DNA of 61,650 nucleotides, the filler included, from Basidiobolus ranarum (Eukaryota), in assembly GCA_040143965.1 (NCBI GenBank). It is 10 parts of 10 records of this genome, joined end to end, with 100 filler letters (N's around TTAATTAATTAA, not from the genome) between each part and the next. Parts side by side here need not be neighbours in the genome. Positions count along the whole stretch, not along the records: positions 37,082 to 43,155 come from JASJQH010008295.1; positions 43,256 to 49,326 come from JASJQH010008296.1; positions 49,427 to 55,490 come from JASJQH010008297.1; 7 more parts are not named here. One strand, 5' to 3'. Positions 37,471 through 49,689 of the stretch are shown here, in pieces; position 1 is the stretch's first letter, and each line of letters starts with the position of its first letter. The notes beneath the pieces are model-generated. The model saw nothing but the letters and a program-made list of their open reading frames with translations, was not told where the DNA came from and ran no database searches. The position numbers were made by a program, and so were the translations under genes.

Positions 37471-38688
37471 ATGTGGTGCTCTTTAGTCTTCATTTTAGCT
37501 GCGCTTTCCGTGAGCGTCAATGCCGATGCCATCGACATGTGGGTTAATCCCAGTCAAAACAAGAAGGTCGTCGGCTTCTACACAAGCTTAGAGGTTCCAC
37601 ATGGATACGATCCGCCATCAACATACTGGTGTATAGCTGGCTGGGGCCTTGGGTACTTTGGGATTCAAGTGCTTGTGGATGGATCACACGCATTGATCAT
37701 GTCCGAGTGGAACGAGGGTCATAAATCCCCACAAATCGACCTTTCCATTCCTCATGGGGAGATCTCACAGTGCGAGGAGAGTTGCCCGGAGGGCGCCATG
37801 GCCCATGTAATCATTCCCGGGCACGCTTGGGTAACGGGAGTCAAGTACAACTTCAAGATTGAAATGCAGTTCAACGGGACCAATCAGAATATTCACAGCT
37901 ACTTCTTTACCAATAATCATTGGGAGCTGATAGCACAGATTACCGCACCGAAGTATGGTCGACAGGGCTTCCAAACTATATACCAATTTCTTGAGAATTG
38001 GCTGTCTAATTATGACCAAGAGAGAAGAGGAATCTATTCTGACCAGCACTTCAAGTTCGAGGGCGATGAAAAGTGGTATCCCGCTGCCAGTATCTCTCCG
38101 TTTAAAAACGCGAACAAAGTTCACCCCGACTACTACGCTGAAGCAGTGCCTTTGCAACAGGGAAATGGCATGATGCTCAAGCTGGATGGAACTCAGCCCG
38201 GAAGCAAGAAGGGTTGGTTCTATTATCCAACCTTGCACACCAATGCAACCAATATGCTCCCACCCATCAATAACCCGCCACCATTGCACGGCAAGCACAC
38301 CGTCACTGTTGTGGATACGTATGTTGCTTACAGGCGGTATACCGACTCACCGGTAACTACAACCACGACGGAAAAACATTGGCAATCTGTCACACTCAAT
38401 CCTACGGTTACTCAGATCGAGACTTTGCGCGACACTTTTGTGCAGACCGAGACCGTGCACAGAACAAGAACAGAGCTGACAACGGTCACGCCATCTGCAG
38501 ATATTAAGGATGAAGTTAAAACAATAACCGAAACACTTACTCAAGAGGATACCACCACAGTGGTAGATCAACCCACCACTGTCTCAACCGTTACTCTCCC
38601 GAGAATGGAGAATCAGAGTCTCACGGTTTTTGAGACTGTGCAGCCTACAGTAACAGCTCCAGTTATCACGGTTACCTCCGTTTTGTAG
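37471..38688 (+). CDS. Secreted DUF3472-like protein with Thr-rich C-terminal tail, paralog 1 (405 aa)
   Basis: Signal peptide (VNA-D). FYTSLEVPHGYDP.STYW...GYFGIQ...SEW...W.TGVKY.F...WELIAQ...FLENW...R.GIYSDQ...W matches my recollection of bacterial DUF3472. Thr/Val-rich tail, no introns, TATAAA at 37425-37430. The ORF is certain; the family call is less so. Confidence 0.8.
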   Translation: MWCSLVFILAALSVSVNADAIDMWVNPSQNKKVVGFYTSLEVPHGYDPPSTYWCIAGWGLGYFGIQVLVDGSHALIMSEWNEGHKSPQIDLSIPHGEISQCEESCPEGAMAHVIIPGHAWVTGVKYNFKIEMQFNGTNQNIHSYFFTNNHWELIAQITAPKYGRQGFQTIYQFLENWLSNYDQERRGIYSDQHFKFEGDEKWYPAASISPFKNANKVHPDYYAEAVPLQQGNGMMLKLDGTQPGSKKGWFYYPTLHTNATNMLPPINNPPPLHGKHTVTVVDTYVAYRRYTDSPVTTTTTEKHWQSVTLNPTVTQIETLRDTFVQTETVHRTRTELTTVTPSADIKDEVKTITETLTQEDTTTVVDQPTTVSTVTLPRMENQSLTVFETVQPTVTAPVITVTSVL

Positions 38689-40583
38689 GATATTTATTGA
38701 TTGATTGTAACAAACACCAATCAAGCTATTTCATAACTAAACAGACTTGCTTCGGTTTTTGTATTTCAACTGATCAGAATTCCACTCTGCATGTAGAGTT
38801 CTTAATGTCCTTATTAGTGTTTTGTCAGGTGGTGATCTTTCCAATGAAGTTATTTGCTAGTGGTATTCGCACAAGTTCGGATTTTTGATTTGAACCGTTT
38901 GTAATGGGATGCTCTTTGCCAGCATTATATATTATTTTAATAGTATACAAATTCAGCTTATAAATGAGTGGGTTCACCCGCATCTATATTTACAAAAATA
39001 TATTCATTGTTTATGTTTTAATAGCGGCACTCAGTTATTTGTATTTTACACTTATTAACATTAGAGCAAACAGCAATCTACTTTCCCTAAAGATCATTCC
39101 TATGTTGGTTTAGCATCATTATATACTCACTGCTATTATCAATCATTGCTCAGCGGTGGGCTCTTCTTGCTGTTGCAGAGCAATGTTCTAAATTAACTTT
39201 CATTACTATACTGGAATTTGAAAGTCTGAAAAGTGGCTCCCTGGGCTCTAGTAGAGATTTGTAATGAATACTATACAAATGCCAAAGTATGACAGATATT
39301 TGCTGTGAACATCTAGTATATTACGGTAGAGCCGAGAGCGATATGCCATTGAAGAGCATGGCAACTTTACAAGTATTTCACTCAAGTATCATCAATCAAG
39401 GATGATACCTTTATGTGTACAAAGTTTAGGATCGATTGAAAAATTTTGAATGCTAATAGTATTCCAGGCACCCGACATTTGGTGAGAAATATTCCGTGTA
39501 AGACCCAACAGTATATTTGGTCAAGATATAAGCCACACATTGAGTTGTACTTAAATGGCTAAGCCAATGTGAATATTCAGGCTCTGACTCAAGAATTTGA
39601 ACAACTACTGCATCCTCATCAGTAGTTTACACCCCAATTGAGCCCATTTCATGTAAAAAGTTATATCTCTACACCCTTCTAAGCGTGCACAGTTCGCGGT
39701 CTTTTGGACAACTTATCACATCGATAAAGATAAACCAATAAAAGCCTATGGCAAAATATGTACGTTATCAAATTAGGGTAAATGTTTAGATGCTAACTGA
39801 AGAGGTACAGCACATGAAACATTGATCTTCCTGTGACGGTTCTAACATATAGCATTTACTATTTTGATGGATCCGTATAGACTCCAAGTTTTTTATGTGT
39901 GGTTCTGGGCCTTTTACTCGCGTCAGGCTTTTAAGGCTAATCAATCATTCAAGATATTTACATCCTTACTTCGGCTAAAGTTGCGTGTGCGCACTTCAAG
40001 CTCTGTGCAGGATCGGCATTTCTTAATGCCTATTATGACCTTCCAGATACTTACCTTATAAGAAAACTGATAGCCTTTCTTCGCACATAGTCACTGTCTA
40101 AATGTATCTTCCTAATTAGGTACCACATGTCCAATCAGGGAGTACTTACTTAGGGTTAGGAGTTCGCTTTATTCTTAAATTATCATTTATCTATACATTT
40201 ATATCATTGTGGTCCCTTGCCGAGCCTATACCAAAAAAAGGAGATGATACCAAGTGAAGACTTCGCAGAATTAGAAGCTACTTATCTACCTCCATGGGAA
40301 GCAATTCAAATTAAAGTGTAATATATCCCCAGTTTCTCGATATAGATTCTAATCTGCAATACTTGGCTCATTCGTATTTGATGTTCCAAACGATTACCAG
40401 CTGTATTTAGATTCGAATTGTTCAGTTGTAATAGCCGGAGTAAGGCTTATCAAGTCCATTCTATAGCCACAAGTAAGGCCAACATCCTCTAGTATTTCCG
40501 ATCATTAGATCACAAGGAAATACTATTTTCCACAGTAGCATAAATATATATTACTTGTAGTGTAATCGAAGTGTCCCTGTACT

Positions 40584-41804
40584 ATGTGGCTCTCACTTCT
40601 TATTGTATTGCTGGCATGCTGCGTTGGCATCAAAGCTGACGCCATAGACATGTGGGTGAACCACAGTCAGAATAAGAAGATTACTGGTTTCTATACAAGT
40701 CTAGAAGTTCCTGACGGCTACGACCCAGTAACGACGTACTGGTGCGTAAGTGCTTGGTGGCTTGGATATTTTGGTATTCAAAAGCCCAACCCATCGTCAT
40801 TTACCCTGATCATGGCCGAGTGGAACGACAAACACAAGTCTCCACAAATTGATCGTTCGCTGAATCGGGCGAGTATTTCCCAATGTGAAGAGAATTGTCC
40901 TGAGGGTGCCGTTGCTCACGTGATCGTTCTAGGGGACAATTGGAAGACTGGAGTGAAGTATGACTTCAAAGTCGAAGTAGATTTCAATGGAACGAATGAA
41001 ATCTTTTCTAGTTACTTCTTCAAGAACGACCATTGGGAATTGGTTGGGGAGATTACTGCACCAAAATACGGAGCTCAAGGTTTTGGATACATCTATCAGT
41101 TCCTCGAGAATTGGGAGACCAATGACAATCAGGAGCGAAGAGGAATCTATTCCAACCAGCATTTCAGGTTTGAAGGAGATGACAGTTGGTATCCAGCCAC
41201 AAGTATCTCTCCATTTAACAATGCGAACGTTGTACATCCTCACTACTATGCTGATGCTGTACCCTTAGAGAAGAAAAATGGCGTATTGCTCAAACTGGAC
41301 GGAACAGGTCCGCCAGATAAAAACGGATGGATGTATTATCCACTGTTGCATGTGAACGCAAGTAATATGGTGCCACCTCAAGCTAGTGTGCCTCCAATGC
41401 ATGGTAAGCATACTGCCACTGTTGTGGAATCATATGTTGTGTACGAACGGTACACTATGTCGCCAATCACTACGACAACTACCGAGAAACATTGGAAAAC
41501 TGATTCAATCGCACCGACTGTCACTAGGTTTGAGACATTATATGATACTACTGTCCAAACCGAGATAGTCCACAATACAATAACCAAGGTGAAAACAAGC
41601 TTCCTGCCCGCCGAGACGATGTCGGAAATTACGCACACAGATACAGTCACCGAAGAAACAACCATCACCGAAAAACTTGGCCATCGCACTGTTACAAACA
41701 CCACTGTTTCTCATTTGTTTACGGATACGCAAGATGTCACGGTCATTCAGACTGTACAACCCACTATAACTACTTCTGCTGTTACCAGTACAAAGTACAT
41801 GTAG
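40584..41804 (+). CDS. Secreted DUF3472-like protein with Thr-rich C-terminal tail, paralog 2 (406 aa)
   Basis: Colinear over its full length with 37471-38688 (ADAIDMWVN.SQNKK..GFYTSLEVP.GYDP, CEE.CPEGA, IYQFLENW, ERRGIYS, HGKHT, PITTTTTEKHW). Confidence 0.8.
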   Translation: MWLSLLIVLLACCVGIKADAIDMWVNHSQNKKITGFYTSLEVPDGYDPVTTYWCVSAWWLGYFGIQKPNPSSFTLIMAEWNDKHKSPQIDRSLNRASISQCEENCPEGAVAHVIVLGDNWKTGVKYDFKVEVDFNGTNEIFSSYFFKNDHWELVGEITAPKYGAQGFGYIYQFLENWETNDNQERRGIYSNQHFRFEGDDSWYPATSISPFNNANVVHPHYYADAVPLEKKNGVLLKLDGTGPPDKNGWMYYPLLHVNASNMVPPQASVPPMHGKHTATVVESYVVYERYTMSPITTTTTEKHWKTDSIAPTVTRFETLYDTTVQTEIVHNTITKVKTSFLPAETMSEITHTDTVTEETTITEKLGHRTVTNTTVSHLFTDTQDVTVIQTVQPTITTSAVTSTKYM

Positions 41805-42539
41805 GGGGCTGCGAGTAAATAGTATTAGTACGAGCAGCAACTGACCTTTAAGACTGACACCTAAACGCATGACTTATTCTCTAATAAAGCATTATCGATT
41901 ATGACTTCAAATCCACTGCTATTAATGGAAATACTCTCATTGATCACCAGAGCAAAGAGACAATCAAGATGTTGTTAAGGGTGTTTATACAAGTTAGCAA
42001 AGCGGCTAGGCAAGAAATAACTTTCTAGTACCAGGCCATCATCGCAATATTTCTCAGATTCTGTACTACTATTTGCTACATTACTCATAGACTTCAAGTA
42101 ACTAAAATAGCTTCTACAGATACGTGTGGTACCCTCTGTAGCATATTCTGTATATAGGCTTGTTATACCTTATCAAATACACACGCTAATACAAAGTGCG
42201 GTATGACATTTAATGAGAATCATTTACTCTTTCAGTTCTTCAAATCACATGGCCTTGCACCATCATTTGCACAAACTAGTCATAGCACACTTAATATTCA
42301 GTTAACAATTTTATAATCAGACTGTTTCAGGACTGACAAGTTCTTTATGTTGAGGGTGGATGTTTGAGATTTAAAGTACACAAATCTATCCCACAAGGGT
42401 TAAGGAGTTCAGGCAAAACTCCATTCTGGTGTACAGTTACCAACAGCTGAAATCTTTACTTTAAATAAGTATTCAAAACAAAGAATCCATATGCTACAAG
42501 TGCTGTTTTTCAACCAAAGTGCAAAGAGATAGGTCATTC

Positions 42540-42580
42540 TGTTGAAATCAGCATTGCCCAAACATCTCTATAGTCATATA
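42540..42580 (+). mobile_element. Family A LTR 5' end, interrupted by a second TGTTGAAAG-starting element at 42581
   Basis: TGTTGAAATCAGCATTGCCCAAACATCTCTATAGTCATATA matches the start of 25754-26102. Confidence 0.7.
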
Positions 42581-42763
42581 TGTTGAAAGTCTGGTGACTT
42601 GTGGTACAAGCAGTAATTCCCAAAGAGGAAAATATGGAGTATGGTGACTGCATCTGAACACAAAGTTAAAGGCCAATCAGTTGCTTGTATAGCTGAAATG
42701 CCAAAGTACCATACATTGACAGAATAGGTTAAAGTTCCCTAGTAATATAGGCATAGCATACAA

Positions 42764-42794
42764 GGACTGGTAGCTCAGTGGTTAGAGCACCTTG
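42764..42794 (+). pseudogene. tRNA-like 5' half (acceptor strand, D arm, 5' anticodon stem), cut off by an LTR
   Basis: GGACTGG-TA-GCTC-AGTGGTTA-GAGC-A-CCTTG has canonical spacing, a perfect D stem and an A-box. No anticodon or T arm is present. Confidence 0.6.
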
Positions 42795-43155
42795 TGTCAT
42801 GATTCTGATCTTGGCATACTGATCCACTGCATATGGAACTCTTCTATTATTAGATTATGACATCATATCTACTGTGCCATCCCTTCTCGGCAATCTGGTG
42901 TCAGTTCATCCAGATTACCTTATATGGAAGTCATGTTCTTTGGAACATTCCATGAAACCTGACCAATCATGTCATCCCACACATAGTGTATTTCCGCCAA
43001 GACCTTCCATGGAAGGTCACCTGATCATCCTTACATCATCCTTACATCATTCTTGCATCATCCCTCTTTGTATTGGTCCTTGTAGTCCCTAACACCCCAA
43101 CTCTCGAACTTGCCACAGTATATTCCCTATTCAGTATATTATGTTTCACCTTGCA
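42795..43155 (+). mobile_element. Gypsy-associated LTR family C, 5' part, truncated by contig end
   Basis: TGTCATGATTCTGATC start; homologous to the reverse complement of 50960-51166. 43081-43155 matches the reverse complement of 49252-49326 at 74/75 bases. Confidence 0.85.
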
Positions 43156-43255
43156 NNNNNNNNNNNNNNNNNNNNNNNNNNNNNNNNNNNNNNNNNNNNT
43201 TAATTAATTAANNNNNNNNNNNNNNNNNNNNNNNNNNNNNNNNNNNNNNNNNNNN

Positions 43256-43875
43256 AAAAAACATCCTATTACATTGTCTTAAGAAAATCAAAGATGTTAT
43301 TATTAGCTAAAAATCCTACATTTCATACTTGAACAAAACTTATAGATATTAGGCATCATTTTGATAGAGAAGCACTAGAGAATGATATAATTAAACTTGT
43401 CCATTGCCCTATTGTAGAAATGATAGCTAATATTGTAACCAAACCTTTAGCTAAAGCACAATTTGAATTATTAAGATATAAGTTTGGTTCAAGAGAAATA
43501 TAAAATAATTAGTTGAGTGGGAATGTTGAAATTAGGTAAATAGCAGCTCATTATTTAGTAGTTAGTTTATTCATATTCTGATTATTTAGTACTCAATTCT
43601 GTCATTCAAAAACATGTGTTTATTGCTCTAATTGATAGAAATATCAATTAGGTCACTTTTACCAGTTTTCACTATATCCTCAAAACTTCTCCAAATTACC
43701 TCAAATTTTCACCCATGCTTAACAGGCATGTTTGTTATGATCTACAAACATCCAATAGTTCTATTTCATAGTAAACTATAAATAGGACATATTCAATTTA
43801 TTAAAACTTAAGTGTCTAATTCACAAATCCAAATCTTGTCCAAAACACTTCCAAATCCCCTAAACACTTTTATTA
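43256..43875 (+). mobile_element. Copia RNase H end (to about 43503), PPT and 3' LTR family B (43524-43875, 352 bp)
   Basis: LAKNPTFHT*TKLIDIRHHF...MIANIVTKPL; GAGTGGGAA PPT; the LTR is the reverse-complement homolog of 54617-54968. Confidence 0.88.
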
Positions 43876-44199
43876 AGATCCTTATATAGTAATTAGATTA
43901 GTAATTAGTGGATCAGTTATTTCTCACCTGATATATTAGTTCTAGTAAAAACACAGGACCATCTCCTTCAATAAACTTCAGCCCAGTTATTGTGAATACA
44001 ATACCAGTTTACTCTATTCTTTATAATTCTTAGCTACTTAAGAATTATAACATTGGTTGCAGGGATAACCTATCCTCCACTGTGAAGCAGAACATTTTCC
44101 ATGTTTAAAACATCTGAATGAAACACCTGAATGGATTTCTTCACCACCAATAATTCTTGGCTACTTAACATTTTTAACAGGCCCCTAATTGGCAATCAA

Positions 44200-46930
44200 T
44201 CTTCTTTAGATATTGCAAGAAACCAGGCCATTTAATCAAAGATTGCAGAAAGAGGATTTTTGCCAAAAACATAAAATTTGAACAAGCAAATAAAGAAAGC
44301 ACTAATAGGGATCCTGTATTTGTGTGAGCCCTATCAGTAACCACTAAGGAAGACTTGGAAACATGGTACATTGTTTGAACAGCTTCCCACTATATTTCAA
44401 ACAAAAAGATTAGTTTTCTTGCTTAAAACCATCCAAAAAGAAGAGACTACATGGGACATAACTATGCACAAGATGCAGTTATCACAGATGAAATATGAAC
44501 CAAACTAGCTACTGGGATCAAGACTCAAGACTTATACAAGTTAGAAATCAACAAATGGCATTCTGAGCATTTGGACTTGGCCAAAACTGGTGAAAGAAGC
44601 TGATGAACATGGTATAAAAGATTAGGCCACATTTAGGAACAGAAACTGACCCACATGATCCTAAATCAGCTTTTTAAGGCTTGAAAATTGAAAAGGTCAA
44701 CAATTTGGATTTTTGTGAGGGCTGCATATATGGAGACATCATGTAAAGCTGTTTTCAGGCTCTGTAGTGGGCAAATCCTCTTAAAATTATGCTGTGATTC
44801 ATTCTGACCTATGTGGGTCTATCAAAAATGTTGTGCTAGATGGCACCAGATGCTTTATAACATTTGTTAATACAGAAACTAGATGTACTTGGTTATTCCT
44901 CATTAAGTCAAAATCTGAAGCTTTGACTATGTTCAAACACAACAATGTAACGATAGCAAAAAAGCAGCACAAAAAACCAAGGTACTAGGGAGTGATAATA
45001 GTGGAGAAAACTGCCCCAATGACTTTGCTACTTTTTGCTCTATATATAGAATTAAACAATAAACTACTGTACCTTATACACTATAGCAAAATGGAGTTGC
45101 AGAACATTCCAATAGGACCATAATAGAGGTAGCAAAATCAATATTACATGTGTAAAAGTTAGCTAACCAAAAATTGGGCTGAGTATGTCTCCACTGCTAT
45201 CTGGATCAAAAACAGTGGTTTAACAACATTGCTACAAAGGTCTACTTCATTCGAAGCCCTCAATGGACCAAAACCAAGTGTGGATCATCTCAGGATCTTT
45301 TATTGGGCACCATATTTCCAAATTCCAGCGCAAAATCCTCTAAATCAAAACCCAAAAGCTGTAAATGCATACTTCTTAGTTACTGTGATGGATTTAAGGC
45401 CTAAACACAATTTGGTACCAAAGATCAGAAGTTGATTAAAAGTGGAGTTGTAATTTTTGATCCAAAAGCAAATATTTCACCTCAAATATAGGTTCTTGAT
45501 ATAGAAAACACTTTTGGCACTATTCTAAAAGGGTCTGACAAAGTTCTAGCTTTATCTGAACCTAATTAACCCAAAATATCAGCCCTAAATACATCAGATA
45601 ATAAATCAGCCAGGGAACTGGTGGAACACTTCCAATGAAGATATCTATGATTATGCAGCATTCTGTAACAAGCCACAGACTTTTGAATATGCTCTGGAGT
45701 GTCCAGAAGAATGATTATGGAAAAAAGCAATGTGTGATCAGTTTTCTCTACTTCAGGACAATATAATGTGGGTTCAAGTACTCAACCATTAGGTACAAAG
45801 TTAACAGATTCCAAATGGGTCTGCAAAGTCAAAGTCCAAGCTAATGGTGGCATAGAAGGGTACAATGCAAGAGTAGTTGCAAGAGATCATTCCAGAACTC
45901 TACAAGTCAATTTTATGAAATTTTTGCTCCAGTAGCTATGTTCAGTCCCAATGGATCAAACCTGTCATATTCTTCATTCCATGACTTTAATTTACTTCAC
46001 ATATATGTAAATACAACCTTTCTGAATGGAAGTTTTGAAGAATAGCTCTATATGGAGCACTTAGATGGATTTTTCGATTCAAAACATCCTGATATACTCT
46101 ATAAAATGTAAATATTGCTATATGGACTTGAGCAACCACCCAGGGCATGATAAAACAAGATAGATACCTATTTTTGATCATTGAAATTCCAAAAATGCAT
46201 AACAGATCACAGTATTTACATCAAAACAATCTTAAACAGGATCCTCTTCTGGGTACTGTTTATATATTACTTAATCATAGCTGCAATTGATCCCAAAGCA
46301 CTTAATCAGATGAAATGCAGCTTATCAAACCAATTTAACATGACTGATATGAGTGAATTATGTTATTTCCTTGGAGTCCAAATTAAGAAAGGTAAACTCA
46401 AACCAAATATCATGCTGAATCAGTCTGGACATATCCTTGACATCTTAAAATGCTTCAACATGGAGAATAGCAAGCCTGTATCAACACTAATGGATCTAAA
46501 TGCACAGTTAATCATAATTTCATTCAACTTGGCCCAAAATAACTCAAATCAAAGCCAGGAGTCCCTTTATCAATCCATAGTGGGTAGTTTAATGTATTCA
46601 ATTGGTGGAAAACATCTTGACATTGCTGTGACAGTGGGAACTGTGAGCCAATAGATTGGAAATTTGGGTTCTGAACACATAACTGCAGTAAAACAAATAC
46701 AAAGGTATTTAAGAGGAGCTACAGATCTAGTTCTTGATTACTCTTGCACTCCTGATGCTTGTAGTTTGAAGGCTACAGTGATATAGACTGGGGAAGAAAT
46801 CTTGATGATAGAAGATCAACAACTTTTCACACTTTTCCCCATAGTAATGGATCCATTATTTGGAATAATAAGAAACTCCCAACTCTAGCACTCTCCACTA
46901 CAGAAGCAGAAAATATGGCTGCCTCTGCTA
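44200..46930 (+). mobile_element. Heavily degenerate Ty1/copia gag-pol (zinc knuckle, protease, integrase, RT, RNase H)
   Basis: YCKKPGHLIKDC knuckle; FCEGCIYG; IHSDLCG; SDNSGE; QNGVAE; YNARVVAR; YFLGVQI; YQSIVGSLMY; ALSTTEAE; many stops and frameshifts. Confidence 0.9.
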
Positions 46931-47099
46931 CAAGAGATATTTTCAGCAGTAGAACATCTTCAGCAAACTCTGTCAGCACTCTTCAGACCTATGAGAAAAG
47001 AAATTCACAATAACTTGGCTCATAGTCCATAGGAACACCACAATTCCCAGAATATAGAAGATCCATTACACCTGTTTGACTAAAATTATAAGTAAAAGA

Positions 47100-47940
47100 G
47101 ACTTTCTACTCTGTAGCTACAGGATCTTACAAAGTGACCATAGAAGATCAAATCGATGAATGCATCTTTGATTCTGCCTTGTAGTCTGTCTTCAAAAGAC
47201 TTAATCTTGCTTAAGCTAGGCTCTTGGATGATAAAACTGCAAATGGTTCTTCTGAGATGATGTCAGCAGTCTGTGATGTAGTATCATTAAATATTGGAGG
47301 TATCAAAGTATCAACACCCAGCTTTATAGTATCTGATGGACCATCCTTTGACATACTACTTGGAAGACCATATTACAGAAGAGCCTTATTGCAAGCTGAC
47401 AACAGACCAGATGATAGTATATGGTTAACAATAACTTCATAGGAAAGAAAAAAACTACTTTCTGTGCTGGTCAGAGTATACATATCAAAAACTCCACTCA
47501 TGTACCACTATCAATCAAAGAGATACTGAAAGAAGTGTTTACATAGAATACTTCCTAATCCAAAACACCATACTGCATTCATGTAGAAAGAACAAGCCTG
47601 TAAGTCAGAAAAAGAAGCCAGTATCTAGAAAGCTTCCTTTGGTGGAATACTGTGAGAAAAGAGTTACTTGTCTTGTGGAACAAAGATTACAGGCCATTCA
47701 TTGAGTAACACCTTGACAATGTAAGAGAAAGCTCTGTTCTTGAATAAGGCAAAGCAATGCAACCATGTCTTTACACAAAGTGCTGAACAGAGAGGATGCT
47801 TATCAACTGAATATTTACCTTCCATCAAGATATATTCAGCAGAACGTTAATAATGGGCACTAGGGACATATCCAATACCAGCTAGAGTGATGATACAAAT
47901 TCTTAGTATGCTCAAGCTTAGATTTCAAAGGGAAAGGACC
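47100..47940 (+). mobile_element. Degenerate Ty3/gypsy-like pol fragment (aspartic protease and pre-RT linker)
   Basis: CIFDSA..., TANGSSE, PSFDILLGRPY retropepsin-like motifs; later PSIKI...YPIPARV..ILSMLK. Confidence 0.55.
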
Positions 47941-47944
47941 CTGA

Positions 47945-49055
47945 CAGAAACTTGAGGACTGTTGTTTGAAGACAGTCACAACTTAAATCCACTTTGGATT
48001 AACCACTTAGTCAAGTGAGGTTTGATTTTAATCAATTTTTTTCATTTTTGGGAGTCATATATCATGCTCATGCAAGACAGTTGTGCATTATTGGCTACAA
48101 TCTCAGAAAACTATGGAAAACACATGTGCAAAACATTTACCTCTTGAATGCTAATTTGTCACCTTTGAAATTCCTAGTCTTGTTCATAAACTTTCCTGAA
48201 TATTGTTGTAGAGTTCTTCACAAATAAGTTTAACTCCTATGCAACATGAGCTTGAATTGATATCTTGATCAAAGCCCACTGTTGTGTTAATGATGCTGAA
48301 TCAATATTCATCCAGCTATCTGGCAGATAGACTATGATATCATGCCACTTTGTATAACACTGTTCCCAGATATATGGATAGTCAAGACCAAACTGAATGT
48401 CAGGTTGAATGCCCTTCTTCTGAAGCCACTCTCTGCGTACTTGCACTGCATTTTTCCCTTCATTCCTTTGAGAGTACTCCACAGATGCTTTTACAAGTTT
48501 CTAGGTGTATCATGAATAGGTCTACAAAGCCCAATTGCTATTTGCCCGCAGAAACCTAGGATAAGACACATGAAATAAGTCAAGAACCTTCTGAGCACTG
48601 CCTGATCTTTGGTTTTTGTCAATTGGGCTAAATCACGGTGATTTTGGGCAAGATTGCACACAATTTCCAATATGTTTTACTATTTATCATCAGAGCAGGT
48701 GACAGCAGCTCTGAAATACAGAGTCTTTTTGTTTGCTGGTCTTCCTATGAGATTTTCACTTTCATGTGCACAAGCAATTTGTAATTTTTGTGTAGGCTTA
48801 GTAGTCCTACACATATTCTGCTCTGCTAGTTTATAGCAGTGACATTTATATATATAATGTAGGATTGATTGAAATTCCATATCAGAATGGATGGAGTGAG
48901 CAGAATGTGCCCAAGTAATGTTAGGTCATTGTGTCAGCTTGATGGTGCATGACATATTTGGCTCTGCTAGATTGTCATGTTGACATTCATTTGTATAGTA
49001 TGGAATTAATTGAAGTTCCACAAGAGAATGGATGGAGGGAGCAGCATGCTGCAGG
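47945..49055 (-). repeat. Second copy of the unclassified repeat (homolog of 2880-4322), with a local partial duplication (48820-48905 / 48961-49050)
   Basis: Shared strings such as CTCTGCTAGATTGTCAT...GAATGGATGGAGGGAGCAGCAT and AAATAAGTCAAGAAC. Confidence 0.7.
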
Positions 49056-49326
49056 TGTCACAATAAGGAACTGGACAAGGACTGGGAGCAACAACAAGAG
49101 GCTAGAAGGCAGGAGAATACTTGGGTGTAGACCACAAGACAAGAGAAGACAAGACTGGACAAGGAAGATACTTTGGCAAGAATCTTTATTGATAACTGGC
49201 ATTGATCAGACCTCAGTCTGATCAAGGAATACATGGGGCTTATATAGATATTGCAAGGTGAAACATAATATACTGAATAGGGAATATACTGTGGCAAGTT
49301 TGAGAGTTGGGGTGTTAGGGACTACA
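49056..49326 (-). mobile_element. LTR family C, 3' part (truncated by contig end)
   Basis: Ends ...ATTGTGACA on the minus strand. Contains TATATAA, a 10-bp hairpin and AATAAA. Homolog of 50710-50960. Confidence 0.88.
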
Positions 49327-49689
49327 NNNNNNNNNNNNNNNNNNNNNNNNNNNNNNNNNNNNNNNNNNNNTTAATTAATTAANNNNNNNNNNNNNNNNNN
49401 NNNNNNNNNNNNNNNNNNNNNNNNNNGCAGTAAACCCAGTAATTTGCCATTCAAAAATTATATTTTTGCAAAAATTGCTGGTTATTGAATAATGCATGCC
49501 AAATTTGAGGATCAATATTTTAACATGTATGAATACCATTAAGATACCATCAAGAAACCACCATCACACCATCAAAATCCCTGGCAGAATGCAAGCCAGC
49601 AACATTGTGATGGTTCTCTGATGGTTGTGCTATTTCAGAGGGAGGATCTGATCCTGATCAAATCAATTTTATTTTTGTTAGGGTTCTTT

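Noticed and set aside
30908-41804. NRPS plus secreted DUF3472-like pair as one biosynthetic or HGT cluster
   Set aside because: They are separated by a spacer (36982-37081) and the contigs are ordered by length, so there is no evidence of linkage.
43081-49326. Joining contig 7 to the reverse complement of contig 8 through their 75-bp LTR overlap
   Set aside because: The flanking 5-mers differ (CCTTG vs CCTGC) and the tRNA-like sequence does not resume, so these are most likely different copies of a repeat.
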